The notes below the pieces were generated by a model, which was not told where the DNA came from, did no database searches, and was given only the letters and a program-made list of their open reading frames with translations. The position numbers and the translations under genes are program-made. From a virus, in IMG/VR virus record IMGVR_UViG_3300045988_013563, positions 1-37,126 of that record: a stretch of 37,126 nt of DNA; one strand, written 5' to 3'. Of this stretch, positions 1-8,668 are shown piece after piece (within the stretch, counting starts at the first letter, position 1; the number at the start of each line of letters is the position of its first letter).

Positions 1-204
1 CCTAAGGGTGATACTGGTCCTCAGGGTGTTAAGGGTGCTACTGGTCCTCAGGGCCCTCAGGGTGTTAAGGGTGCTACTGGTCCTCAGGGCCCTCAGGGTG
101 TTAAGGGTGCTACTGGTCCTCAGGGTCCTCAGGGTGTTAAGGGTGCTACTGGTCCTCAGGGCCCTCAGGGTGTTAAGGGTGCTACTGGGGCACGCGGCAA
201 CAGG
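1..204 (+). repeat. Tandem 36-nt coding repeat (unit [12 protein letters not shown]), four full copies at 25..168 plus partial copies
   Basis: 25..60, 61..96 and 133..168 are identical. 97..132 differs by one synonymous base (ggc to ggt at 126). Gly-X-Y periodicity runs to about 201. Confidence 0.95.
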
Positions 205-1245
205 GTATACCTAACGCTCTCTGAGGTCAAACCGTCCAGTACATTACACTTGTGGAGTGATCTGATTCCAACCGTATCCGTGGAAGACCCTCCTATCATA
301 GGGGATTTTGCCATCACACCTGCTGGCAATCTCATGTCTATCACTGGTGTAACCACCGATAGCTCAGCTGGCGGCGGTGGCACGTATGCTGTCGGTCGCA
401 TTCTCACCAACCTGAAAGGGCAGAAAGGCGACAAGGGCGATGCCGGTCGGTGCGACTACACGCTTCCCGCAGCCACGAACACCACTCTCGGCGGTGTCAA
501 GGTCAGCCACGGTCTGAGAGTCGACTCTGATGGAGTGCTTAGTTCGGCCACATTTGGCGTTTTCAAAGATAATGACCCGCGGGTCGCCATCGCGGTCAGT
601 GCCGCGGGTGCGCTGTGCCTTGGCATCGACGTGAGATCATTCTTAGCGAAGAGAACTGATAAGAACGATGGGGGGTGGAATCTCACGCTTAAGCCAGCGA
701 CCGCATCTACTGTTGGTGGTGTCAAGATTGGCGCGGGAATCAACGTGTCGACCGACGGCACCATCGACGTGCGGGAACTGGTCGACCGCATCAGTCAGAT
801 GCAATCGAAGTACGATGCTCTCATCAGCTCCGCCACTTACGAGGTCGGCAGTGTTCTCACAAAGGGCACTTGGTATGATGACTATACTTGGAAGTTTTGC
901 CGGTTGCGAGTGGTCGGCGGTGTCTGCACACTGTCATTCTCTGCGACCCGCAAGACTGGCGCGTGGAATGCCAAGGCGTGGGATCAGGCGCATGTCCTTA
1001 CTCTCCCCGATGGTCTTGGCTCTCTCGGCGATCTTAATACGCCGATTGTGACTAACGCTAACGCTGAGCCGAATAACAACACGGCTTTGCAGATCGACGG
1101 CAACAAGGTGTTGTTCCGTCCTACCGTCAATGTCACTTACAACACCGGGACGTGGCTTCAAGGTAATGTCTCTTGGGTTGCAGCTGGCTCGCATGTGTCT
1201 GATGATGTCTCGCAGATGCCTGATGAGATCATCAGTGTCAAGTGA
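1..1245 (+). CDS. Tail fibre, C-terminal portion (5' part is 35875..37126 across the contig junction): collagen-like tract, fibre-repeat shaft, C-terminal head domain
   Basis: Frame 1 is open from base 1 ([20 protein letters not shown]...GARGNR) and runs into listed ORF 250..1245. Two shaft motifs are present: [20 protein letters not shown] and [21 protein letters not shown]. The stop TGA at 1243..1245 is followed by a second TGA. Confidence 0.85.
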   Translation, partial: PKGDTGPQGVKGATGPQGPQGVKGATGPQGPQGVKGATGPQGPQGVKGATGPQGPQGVKGATGARGNRVYLTLSEVKPSSTLHLWSDLIPTVSVEDPPIIGDFAITPAGNLMSITGVTTDSSAGGGGTYAVGRILTNLKGQKGDKGDAGRCDYTLPAATNTTLGGVKVSHGLRVDSDGVLSSATFGVFKDNDPRVAIAVSAAGALCLGIDVRSFLAKRTDKNDGGWNLTLKPATASTVGGVKIGAGINVSTDGTIDVRELVDRISQMQSKYDALISSATYEVGSVLTKGTWYDDYTWKFCRLRVVGGVCTLSFSATRKTGAWNAKAWDQAHVLTLPDGLGSLGDLNTPIVTNANAEPNNNTALQIDGNKVLFRPTVNVTYNTGTWLQGNVSWVAAGSHVSDDVSQMPDEIISVK

Positions 1246-1250
1246 TGAGG

Positions 1251-1299
1251 CATCGATGTGCAGGCGTTGATTGACCGCATCAGTCAGATGCAATCGAAG
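1251..1299 (+). repeat. Degenerate direct duplicate of fibre-gene segment 762..810, located just after the fibre stop codons
   Basis: The 27-nt block gaccgcatcagtcagatgcaatcgaag is identical at 784..810 and 1273..1299. The preceding 22 nt have 7 mismatches. The copy is in the same frame as the fibre ORF and encodes [18 protein letters not shown]-stop, compared with [16 protein letters not shown] in the gene. Confidence 0.9.
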
Positions 1300-1329
1300 G
1301 TAAAATAACAATCCAAGGAGGTAATTAAA

Positions 1330-1356
1330 ATGACAATGCAGGGAATCGTGGTGTAG
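1330..1356 (+). other. 8-codon mini-ORF (MTMQGIVV) behind a strong RBS; possibly the decapitated start of a lost gene
   Basis: AAGGAGG at 1315..1321, ATG at 1330, TAG at 1354..1356. It sits between the fibre gene and the homing endonuclease gene. Confidence 0.3.
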
Positions 1357-1369
1357 TGCTAGACTTGTA

Positions 1370-1429
1370 TAAGTACCGGCTAGGGTAGCTCCTGAAAAGG
1401 CGTTAATTCCCACGCTCTGCCGGTACTTA
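1370..1429 (+). other. Hairpin with 11-bp stem (taagtaccggc / gccggtactta) and 38-nt loop upstream of the HNH gene
   Basis: Perfect complementarity between 1370..1380 and 1419..1429. No T-run follows, so it is not a canonical terminator. Confidence 0.5.
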
Positions 1430-1467
1430 CACACTATGGGAATCGGTCACTTGGGAAGGTGATTGAC

Positions 1468-2070
1468 ATGACTATTGAAGTATGGCGTGACGTTCAAGGC
1501 TATGAAGGCTTGTACCAAGTCAGCGACATGGGAAACGTCAAGGGTTGTGAAAGAACAATCAAGCACCTAAATAAGTACGGCTTTATCGAAGAGCAGCACC
1601 GTAGTGAGCACCTGCTGAAACAGTATCCTAATGGCAGCAAAGGATACATGCACGTTGTCCTGTGCAAAGACGGTAAGACTAGGACGTTTCAAGTTCATAG
1701 GCTGGTAGCAACTGCGTTCTGCGATAACCAGAATAAATACGAGATAGTAGACCACATAGACGGGAATAAGCTCAACAACAACGCTTTAAACCTAAGGTGG
1801 TGTACTCGTTCGCAGAACACCGTATATGCTATCGAGCTTGGGCTTATCAACGGGGTAGAATCAGTGAAGGACATGTACACAGAGGAAGCTCGGAAACGTT
1901 GGGCAGATACCTGCTGCGTGAAGGTAATCAGAGACGATGGAGTTATATACCAATCAATGAGCGAAGCGGCTAGGGGAAACGGGCGGTGTTTGCATACTGT
2001 TCAAGCTAATATTAAAGGTGAAACGCATTTATGCAATGGACATAAGTTCAGAATATATAAGGAGGAATAA
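1468..2070 (+). CDS. Free-standing HNH homing endonuclease (NUMOD4-like N-terminus, HNH_3 core, C-terminal DNA-binding region)
   Basis: [19 protein letters not shown] (NUMOD4-type motif) and HRLVATAF...[18 protein letters not shown] (HNH). ATG 1468 lies 9 nt after GGAAGG and is preferred over GTG 1459. The gene is paralogous to 10039..10599. Confidence 0.85.
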   Translation: MTIEVWRDVQGYEGLYQVSDMGNVKGCERTIKHLNKYGFIEEQHRSEHLLKQYPNGSKGYMHVVLCKDGKTRTFQVHRLVATAFCDNQNKYEIVDHIDGNKLNNNALNLRWCTRSQNTVYAIELGLINGVESVKDMYTEEARKRWADTCCVKVIRDDGVIYQSMSEAARGNGRCLHTVQANIKGETHLCNGHKFRIYKEE

Positions 2071-2072
2071 TC

Positions 2073-3173
2073 ATGGCATTGCGAGGAGTTGATTGTAGTT
2101 CTTGGAACACTGGCATTGATTTCAATCAGGTTCCTGCGGATTTTGTTGTCGAAAAGGCTACCCAAGGTACGAATTATGTTAATCCTGATTGTGACAGGGT
2201 GGTTCAGCAGTGTATCCAGCTCGGCAAGTGCTGGGGCACGTATCACTATGTCGATGGTAGCGGCGCTATCGCGGAAGCTGACTATTATGTGAAGAATATC
2301 CAAGGCTATGTTGGCAAAGGTATTCTCGCGATCGACTGGGAGAGCGCGCAGAATAGGGCGTGGGGCAATTACGCATATCTTGAGGCGCTTGTTGCTCGCG
2401 TGATCGAACGCACGGGGGTGCGCCCGCTTATCTACGCTCAGGCTAGCGTCTACAATCAGGTCGCTGCGGTAGCCAAGAAGTATAATTTGGGACTCTGGAT
2501 CGCCCAATACGCCGATATGAGCGCGACAGGCTACCAAGACTCCCCTTGGAATGAGGGAGCCTATACGTGTGCTATTCGTCAGTATTCCTCTGCTGGGCGG
2601 CTTCCCGGCTGGAATGGCAATCTCGACTTGAACAAGTTCTATGGTGACGCTACCGCTTGGCGTAAGTACGCTGGTGCTTCCGGCACGGCTACTCCGGCAC
2701 CTAAGCCGGTTGACCCGCTCGCTGGCAAGAGTGATGCTCAGCTTGCCGACGATGTAATCGCCGGTAAATTCGGTGATGGTGATAATCGCAAGCGTGCGCT
2801 CGGCAATCGCTATGCCGCCGTGCAGGCTGTCGTGAATCAGAAGCTCGGCGCTTCCAATACGCCTGCCGCCCAGACATACACGGTCAAGCCCGGGGACACT
2901 CTCAGCGGTATCGCGGCGAAGTATGGGACTACGTGGCAGGCTCTCCAGCAGCTCAACGGCATCGCTGACGCTAACAGGATTTATCCGGGACAGGTGCTGA
3001 AGGTTACTGGCTCTGCTGCGGCCCCAGCTGCCAAGACCTACACTGTACGCTCCGGCGATACCCTCAGCGGTATCGCGGCCAAGTACGGCACGACTTGGCA
3101 ACACCTCCAGCAGATTAACGGCATCGCTGACGCTAACAAAATCTATCCGGGACAGGTGTTGAAGGTCGGCTGA
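2073..3173 (+). CDS. Endolysin: GH25 muramidase + CW_7-like repeat + 2 LysM domains
   Basis: N-terminus [35 protein letters not shown]...YHYV (GH25 pattern). The middle segment [38 protein letters not shown] is CW_7-like. Two 43-aa LysM copies, YTV(K/R)(P/S)[16 protein letters not shown]..., lie at 2877..3005 and 3039..3167. RBS is AGGAGG. Confidence 0.95.
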   Translation: MALRGVDCSSWNTGIDFNQVPADFVVEKATQGTNYVNPDCDRVVQQCIQLGKCWGTYHYVDGSGAIAEADYYVKNIQGYVGKGILAIDWESAQNRAWGNYAYLEALVARVIERTGVRPLIYAQASVYNQVAAVAKKYNLGLWIAQYADMSATGYQDSPWNEGAYTCAIRQYSSAGRLPGWNGNLDLNKFYGDATAWRKYAGASGTATPAPKPVDPLAGKSDAQLADDVIAGKFGDGDNRKRALGNRYAAVQAVVNQKLGASNTPAAQTYTVKPGDTLSGIAAKYGTTWQALQQLNGIADANRIYPGQVLKVTGSAAAPAAKTYTVRSGDTLSGIAAKYGTTWQHLQQINGIADANKIYPGQVLKVG

Positions 3174-3182
3174 GGTATAAGA

Positions 3183-3232
3183 AAAGCCGTCGCGTGGGAG
3201 GAGAGGTAAGACCACGCGACGGCTTTCTTGTT
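3183..3232. terminator. Bidirectional intrinsic terminator between the endolysin and the convergent small gene
   Basis: 15-bp stem aaagccgtcgcgtgg (3183..3197) / ccacgcgacggcttt (3212..3226), with T-rich tracts on both strands. Confidence 0.8.
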
Positions 3233-3279
3233 CCATCATCACATCGTGCAGGTTCACCACTCCGGCACTTCCCAGCTTA

Positions 3280-3438
3280 TCACGCGTCCTTGCCGGTGAT
3301 ACGCAGTATCAGCATGCCCAAGATTGCAAGACCCGCGCCGATAAAGTTGATGTACATCGTGCTGGCATTTTCATTCATCGCCAATAGTAAGCCGATGAAG
3401 ATTAGTGCGGCGCTGAGGTTTTCGAGCTTGTCTTTCAT
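3280..3438 (-). CDS. 52-aa two-TM membrane protein (moron-like; not in the ORF track because it is under 60 aa)
   Basis: The reverse-strand ORF translates to MKDKLENLSAALIFIGLLLAMNENASTMYINFIGAGLAILGMLILRITGKDA. RBS AAGGAAAGGA precedes the ATG (3438). The gene has its own promoter upstream and a terminator downstream. Confidence 0.65.
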   Translation of the reverse strand: MKDKLENLSAALIFIGLLLAMNENASTMYINFIGAGLAILGMLILRITGKDA

Positions 3439-3466
3439 GGTGTCCTTTCCTTGATCGGTAATTACT

Positions 3467-3494
3467 ACTATACACCTATCGCATTGGGAAGCAA
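3467..3494 (-). promoter_or_regulatory. Sigma-70-type promoter for the small membrane gene, carrying the conserved block GATAGGTGTATAGT
   Basis: The minus strand reads TTGCTT, a 16-nt spacer, then TATAGT (-10 at 3467..3472, -35 at 3489..3494). The 13-nt block ATAGGTGTATAGT is shared with the promoters at 16193 and 18167. Confidence 0.65.
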
Positions 3495-3544
3495 ATTCGG
3501 TGTGTCGTTTTTCACCAATATCATTGAATACAGGAGGTGCAGAA

Positions 3545-5218
3545 ATGCTCAGAATCTTCAGCCCTACAGACAGGGACTATAAATCGAATGGCGACAAGGT
3601 AATTCAGCCGCTAAAAGCGACAGTAAAAAAGGAAGATAACGACGCTTATTATCTCGATTTATCGTGCGGCACTGAATATCTACCGTGGATTAAGTCAGGC
3701 AATATTATTGTCGCGGATACGCCGCAAGGTGCGCAACCTTTCCGCATACTTAACCCTGAGATTACGCATACTAAGATCACTTGCAAATGCGACCACGTTT
3801 TTTTCGATAGCGCGAATTATTTGATTGCCGATTCATACGTGGTCGATTCCACGTGCAATCAGGCGCTAGACCATCTCAATACCGCTACGGAGCCAAAATC
3901 GCCATTCAAGACGGTTTCCGACATTAACACGATTAATTCCTTCAGGTGCGTGCGTAAATCGCTCTATGAGGCGATTCAGACGGTTCTGGAGCGATGGGGC
4001 GGACATCTGGTGCGCGACGGCTGGACTATCGGCATCCGGCAGAATATCGGCGCTGATAATGGCGTGGTCGTGCGCTATGGCAAAAACCTTAAGACTATCA
4101 CGGCGACTTACGACTGGAGCGATGTTTGCACTAAATTGCTGCCCGAAGGCTCTGACGGTATCCTGCTCAATGCTCTCGATAGCAAGCAGTCGATTTACAT
4201 GGAATCTGAAAAACAATACGATTTACCATATGTGAAAACCGTGCAATTTTCTCAGTCTGATATCAAGCAGGAGAATTACAAGACGCCAGACGGAAAACAT
4301 GACGATGAAACAGCGTATAAGAAGGCGCTAATCGCTGATTTACGTCAGCAGGCGCAGAAGTATTTGGAAGAGAATTGCGTGCCAAAAGTCAATTACAAGA
4401 TGAGTGCGAATCTTGAGAAAATCACGGATATTGGCGACACCATCGAAGTGATCGACGAGCGAATGGGTCTTGACATGCTCACGAACGTTATCAGCTTTGA
4501 ATATGACTGTATCCAGCGGCGCTACACATCCATCGAGTTCGGCACTTTCAGGCAGACTTTGGGCGGCTTGATGGGGTCGGTTCAGCAGACGGCTGCGGAC
4601 GCGGCGCAGGCGGTCAATTCCTCGATCGTGACCACGGTTAATGACCGATTGGATGAATCGGAATCGAAGATTAACAACATCTTCGGCGGCTCATACGTCA
4701 TTTATGACGGTGAGCAGATTCTGGTCGTGGATAGTCTGCCGAAGGAATCGGCGCATAATGTTCTGCGGATTAATAGTGCTGGAATCGGCTTCAGTTCTAG
4801 CGGGATTAATGGTAGTTTTACGAGCGCTTGGACGATTGACGGCACTCTTAATATGCAGAGTATCAATGTCATCAATCTGGTGGCTGACCTTATCAAGGGC
4901 GGCACGCTGACGCTCGGCGGACAGGACAACGGCAATGGCCTGATGCTTGTCAAGTCGGCGGCTGGAGCGACATTGGGGCGCTTGGATAATTCGGGCTTGA
5001 CGATGTGGGCGCAGGACGGCTCGCACATCGTGATCAGCGCGGCTAACGGCTTGACTGGCTATGATTCGGCTAACAAGATTACGTACACGGCTCGCAATGG
5101 CGTTTTCTCGATGCGCAACGGTTACGTTGAGGAAGGTTTGGCGGTTGGCGGCAAGCTCAAAATCGTACCGGTGACCAGTGGCGACAATACTGGCGTTGCC
5201 TTCGTGGCATTGTCTTAA
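3545..5218 (+). CDS. Tail-associated protein Tal (prophage-tail / minor structural protein N-terminal family)
   Basis: MLRIFSPTDRDYKSNGDKVIQPLKATVKKEDNDAYYLDLSC...ADTPQGAQPFRI matches the typical siphovirus Tal N-terminal pattern. ATG 3545 follows AGGAGG. The upstream extension of ORF 3500 lacks an RBS. Confidence 0.8.
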   Translation: MLRIFSPTDRDYKSNGDKVIQPLKATVKKEDNDAYYLDLSCGTEYLPWIKSGNIIVADTPQGAQPFRILNPEITHTKITCKCDHVFFDSANYLIADSYVVDSTCNQALDHLNTATEPKSPFKTVSDINTINSFRCVRKSLYEAIQTVLERWGGHLVRDGWTIGIRQNIGADNGVVVRYGKNLKTITATYDWSDVCTKLLPEGSDGILLNALDSKQSIYMESEKQYDLPYVKTVQFSQSDIKQENYKTPDGKHDDETAYKKALIADLRQQAQKYLEENCVPKVNYKMSANLEKITDIGDTIEVIDERMGLDMLTNVISFEYDCIQRRYTSIEFGTFRQTLGGLMGSVQQTAADAAQAVNSSIVTTVNDRLDESESKINNIFGGSYVIYDGEQILVVDSLPKESAHNVLRINSAGIGFSSSGINGSFTSAWTIDGTLNMQSINVINLVADLIKGGTLTLGGQDNGNGLMLVKSAAGATLGRLDNSGLTMWAQDGSHIVISAANGLTGYDSANKITYTARNGVFSMRNGYVEEGLAVGGKLKIVPVTSGDNTGVAFVALS

Positions 5219-5233
5219 TTAGGAGGATAAATC

Positions 5234-7051
5234 ATGGCTTTATCGGGACAAATTACAGGTGTTTATCGTGGATATACTCTGCAAGCTAATTGGACGGCTG
5301 CGCAGAATATCAGCGGCAATTACTCCGATATTACGATCCATCATGTACTCGTAATCGGCTCAGCGTATTCGCTCAAGATTTCCAGCCGCTCGAACACTTG
5401 CTCGGTCGATGGCGCGGCTCAAAATTACACGTCACCGGCAATCAATCAAAAGGGCGGCTCGGTCACACTCGGCACGACCACACATCGCGTCGACCATAAT
5501 GCAGACGGCTCGAAGACATGCACAATCAACGATATCTTTAACGTCAATGCGACGATTGACGGCTCGCAGATATCCAGCATCACAGCAAGCGGCAGCATTA
5601 CGCTTGACAATATCCCGCGACAGGCGACAATCACCAGCGCCAATGACTTTACGGATACTGGCACGCCATCTCTTGCATACAGCAATGCCGGGGGTTTCAC
5701 GGCTGACGCATATCTGGAGTTCGCTCCAGTCGGCTCAGGCACTCAGATCATGCGCAAGAACGCCATCACAGGCAAGAGTGGCACGTATACGTTTGTCCTC
5801 ACGGATGCCGAGCGTGAGACACTGAGGGCGGCGTGTACCGGCGTGTCGATGCCGGTGCGGTATGCGCTGCGTACCTTTATCGGCGGCAAAGAGTATTACA
5901 GTACGCTTGATCGCACCATGAGCATGAGCGATTCCGCGCCTATCCTCGGAGCAGTGTCTTACAAGGACGCTAACGCTGCCACGGTGGCTGTGACTGGTGA
6001 TAATCAGGTGATTGTCCAGCGTCAATCTGACTTGCAAGTGTCTTTCGGCGCGGCTACAGGACAGAAGGGCGCGACAATCGCAAGATACGAGGCGACTTTC
6101 GCTGGAGTGACCAAGACGGCTACCAGCGTCGCCACGCTTGATTTCGGTGCTGTGGACGTATCCTCAGACATGCCGCTAGTCTTTAGCGCGATTGATTCGC
6201 GCGGGTTTAAAACGTCCACAATCATCAATGTCAAGACTGAAGCATGGTGGGAGCCGACATCGAGTATCGACTTGCAGCGCAAGAATAATTTCGAGCCTGA
6301 AACGCACATTACCGCGAACGCATGGTATGCGAGCCTAGACGCTAAAAACGAGGTCACGATCACGGCGAAATATCGCAAGGCTGGGAGCAGTGACGCATGG
6401 GCTACCGTGGCGCTCGCTAATGGCGTGGAATCTACTGTTACGTGCGAGAGAGATTATGCGTATGAGTGGGAAGTCACGACGGCTGACAAGCTCGGGAGCA
6501 CTACACAGTCGCTGACACTTGGTCGCGGTATCCCAACCTTCTTCATCGATACTGCTAAATCCAGTGTCGGCGTTAATTGCTTCCCAGCTTCGAGTGGCGT
6601 ACTCCAGCTTGGCGAGAGTGCGTTTCTCACGGCTCAGGGAGCATACCCGGTCGGCTCGATTTATTTGAGCGTCAATGACACTGATCCGGCTACGCTTTTC
6701 GGCGGCACTTGGGAGCGAATATCGCAAGGTCGATTCCTGTTAGGCGCAGGATCTAATGTGGCTAACAGCACCGACTACTGGGGGAGCTACGCCGCAGGTG
6801 CCGAGAATTTCCCGGCAGGAGAGATGGGTGGCGAAGTCACACACACTCTCACAGTGGCCGAGATGCCGTCGCACACTCACCCCGAGAGGCTTGAGTGGAG
6901 TAACACCGCGGGGTGGGGAGTCACAGGCACTGGCACTGGCTCCAATGCCGTCGTGGATCAAGGAAGTGTGACTGGAGCGACTGGTGGAGGCAAGCCCCAC
7001 AATAATATGCCGCCATATTTGGTCTGCTACATGTGGGCTAGAATAGGCTAG
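5234..7051 (+). CDS. Receptor-binding / tail protein with C-terminal tail-collar domain
   Basis: The C-terminus has YPVGSIYLS...LFGGTWERI...GEVTHTLTVAEMPSHTH...GGGKPHNNMPPYLVCYMWARIG (tail-collar motif set). The N-terminus resembles siphovirus structural proteins (HNADGSK). RBS is AGGAGG. Confidence 0.8.
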   Translation: MALSGQITGVYRGYTLQANWTAAQNISGNYSDITIHHVLVIGSAYSLKISSRSNTCSVDGAAQNYTSPAINQKGGSVTLGTTTHRVDHNADGSKTCTINDIFNVNATIDGSQISSITASGSITLDNIPRQATITSANDFTDTGTPSLAYSNAGGFTADAYLEFAPVGSGTQIMRKNAITGKSGTYTFVLTDAERETLRAACTGVSMPVRYALRTFIGGKEYYSTLDRTMSMSDSAPILGAVSYKDANAATVAVTGDNQVIVQRQSDLQVSFGAATGQKGATIARYEATFAGVTKTATSVATLDFGAVDVSSDMPLVFSAIDSRGFKTSTIINVKTEAWWEPTSSIDLQRKNNFEPETHITANAWYASLDAKNEVTITAKYRKAGSSDAWATVALANGVESTVTCERDYAYEWEVTTADKLGSTTQSLTLGRGIPTFFIDTAKSSVGVNCFPASSGVLQLGESAFLTAQGAYPVGSIYLSVNDTDPATLFGGTWERISQGRFLLGAGSNVANSTDYWGSYAAGAENFPAGEMGGEVTHTLTVAEMPSHTHPERLEWSNTAGWGVTGTGTGSNAVVDQGSVTGATGGGKPHNNMPPYLVCYMWARIG

Positions 7052-7075
7052 CAGCGGGCGGAATGACGCGAAAAA

Positions 7076-7110
7076 GGGGAACCCGTTTGTCTTGCAGGTT
7101 CCCCGTTTTT
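7076..7110. terminator. Bidirectional intrinsic terminator (end of the tail operon and of the integrase transcript)
   Basis: Stem ggggaacc (7076..7083) / ggttcccc (7097..7104), with an A-run before and a T-run after. Confidence 0.8.
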
Positions 7111-7136
7111 ATACCATTTATAAGTTTTGTAAGGCT

Positions 7137-7180
7137 GTTTATCATCGCGTGCCCTATAAATCGGGCACAAGATGATAAAC
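7137..7180. other. Candidate attP core: 44-bp imperfect palindrome abutting the 3' end of the integrase gene
   Basis: gtttatcatcgcgtgccc-tataaatc-gggcacaagatgataaac. The arms are 18 bp with a 2-nt mismatch. No T-run follows on either strand, and a separate terminator exists at 7076. Confidence 0.45.
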
Positions 7181-7182
7181 AT

Positions 7183-8661
7183 TTAGATTTTGAGAGTCAC
7201 GCGCAGGCGTGGGTTCAATCCCGTGCCGCGCTCGGTCTTTTCATATTCTATTCTTTCCGCCATGCCTTTCAGCAGGCGGTTGCGGTTTTCACTGTCGAGT
7301 GTCCAGTATTCGTCCAATGCCTTCGATAGTACCGGGATCTGTTTCAGGTCGTGTCCCGGTTCGGAGTCTTGAAGGGTTTCGAGCCGTGCAAGTAGTTCCG
7401 CCTTTTCCGCGTTGACCTTTTGCACCCTTTGCAAATATGTGGACCTGTCATATACGCCCGTTTCGTAGGCTTCGCAGGCGCGTTCGAGCATTTTCTGCCG
7501 TTTGTCTATCTCTGCCTCTAGGACTTGCAGTTCGTTGGTGTTGTCATTCGCTTTTGTTTCGTATCCCGCCCACACGTAGGTCAGGCGTTCCAATTCCGCT
7601 TGTATGGCGTCCACCGTCAGCCTTTCCACTATGTCGAGTTTCGTGCTTTTGGTCGTGCAGCCGAACGTCTTGCATATGAGGTATTCCGCTTGCGCGCCGT
7701 TTGTGCGTTGCATGGTCTTGCCGCATTGGGAGCATACGACCAATGATGCTAAAGGATTGCGGTTGGTGTGTGCGTGGCGTGTGCGTGTCTCCATCGTCTT
7801 TAGCCGCGCGGCGCATTGGTCGAATATGTCGGCGCTGACTATCGGCTCGTGTCTGCCTTGCACGTACTCCATACCGCTGTTTCTAACGTATGTTTCTTTT
7901 ATTTCACCGTCGATTATCCGGCGGTTTTTTATTTTTCGTTTGGTTTGCAGTTCCCCGAGGTATGTGCGGTTTCGCAGTATTTCGCCGATTCGTGTGCGGG
8001 TGAAGTCGTTGCCCGTGCGTTGCTTGACTCCGGACGCTTGCAGTTCGCGCAATATGTCGTTGATCCTTGCGCCTTGCGCGTATCGGTCGAATATGAGGCG
8101 CACGACTTGTGCCTCGCTGGGATCCGGGCATAACGACCACCCTTTGCCATCCTTGCGTTTCCCGTAGCCGTATGGCGGTACGCTGCCGATGAAATACCCT
8201 TCTTGCTGTGCTTGCATCCGTCCCCTGTGCAATCTGCGTTTAATCATCTTGTATTCGCGTCGGCTCATGAACAAGCCAAATTCAAAGAATTCCTCGTCGA
8301 AGGAATCATCGCCAGCAAGGTCGTAGGTCTTTGTGAGCGTGATTATTTTCGTATCACTGAATTGGAAGGATTTGAGTATGCGCGCTTGGTCTGCGCCATT
8401 CCCGCGACTCAATCGCTCAAGCTCGATGCAGAGTACACCTGTGTACATTCCGGCTTCGACGGCTTTAAGCAGTCTCTGCATCTGGGGGCGTGCCTCGATG
8501 CTCTCTCCTGACACGATCTCGCGGTATATGTGTGCCTCGTCCACATATATGTTGTTCCTATCTGCTAAGTCGCGCAGCATTTCTTCGTGTCGTGCCAAGG
8601 TGTTCTCGTGCCCCAGTTCTTCGTCTGCACGTGATTTTCGTAAATATAGTGCGTATGCCAT
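7183..8661 (-). CDS. int: Large serine recombinase (integrase)
   Basis: N-terminal resolvase fold YALYLRKSRADEE with the catalytic Ser, a central recombinase domain, and a zinc-ribbon CSQCGKTMQR...ICKTFGC followed by a coiled coil. 492 aa. Confidence 0.95.
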   Translation of the reverse strand: MAYALYLRKSRADEELGHENTLARHEEMLRDLADRNNIYVDEAHIYREIVSGESIEARPQMQRLLKAVEAGMYTGVLCIELERLSRGNGADQARILKSFQFSDTKIITLTKTYDLAGDDSFDEEFFEFGLFMSRREYKMIKRRLHRGRMQAQQEGYFIGSVPPYGYGKRKDGKGWSLCPDPSEAQVVRLIFDRYAQGARINDILRELQASGVKQRTGNDFTRTRIGEILRNRTYLGELQTKRKIKNRRIIDGEIKETYVRNSGMEYVQGRHEPIVSADIFDQCAARLKTMETRTRHAHTNRNPLASLVVCSQCGKTMQRTNGAQAEYLICKTFGCTTKSTKLDIVERLTVDAIQAELERLTYVWAGYETKANDNTNELQVLEAEIDKRQKMLERACEAYETGVYDRSTYLQRVQKVNAEKAELLARLETLQDSEPGHDLKQIPVLSKALDEYWTLDSENRNRLLKGMAERIEYEKTERGTGLNPRLRVTLKI

Positions 8662-8668
8662 TCATCAT

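Noticed and set aside
1-204. CRISPR array, raised as a possibility because of the short tandem repeats
   Set aside because: The repeats are contiguous with no unique spacers, lie in frame, and encode Gly-X-Y collagen-like sequence. The same applies to the 60-nt duplication at 16381..16500.
8-214. Listed [22 protein letters not shown]... (+ strand, 68 aa)
   Set aside because: This is the frame-2 reading of the collagen-coding tandem repeat. The periodic Leu/Arg/Val product is an artefact. Frame 1 carries the Gly-X-Y fibre sequence and is continuous with the real gene.
762-1299. Invertible (Gin/Cin-type) or shufflon-like fibre switching
   Set aside because: The repeats flanking the fibre head domain are direct, not inverted. 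No alternative head cassette in opposite orientation is present. The only serine recombinase is a 492-aa integrase-type enzyme with a zinc ribbon and coiled coil, not a small invertase.
2001-3260. 419-aa minus-strand ORF antisense to the endolysin
   Set aside because: It has no RBS and a low-complexity Ser/Arg/Leu-rich product. It fully overlaps a + strand gene with unambiguous GH25, CW_7 and LysM motifs, so it is a shadow ORF of GC-rich coding sequence.
3194-3454. 86-aa + strand ORF between the endolysin and Tal
   Set aside because: It starts inside the terminator hairpin, has no RBS, and is antisense to the better-supported 52-aa membrane gene, which has its own promoter and RBS.
5234-7051. 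Diversity-generating retroelement targeting the receptor-binding proteins
   Set aside because: No reverse transcriptase gene exists anywhere in this apparently complete genome, and I saw no template/variable repeat pair with adenine-specific differences.
7063-7182. Host flanking DNA or attL/attR (integrated prophage border)
   Set aside because: No bacterial housekeeping genes occur on either side. Structural genes lie immediately left, and the window closes on itself, so the genome is in the excised/circular configuration.
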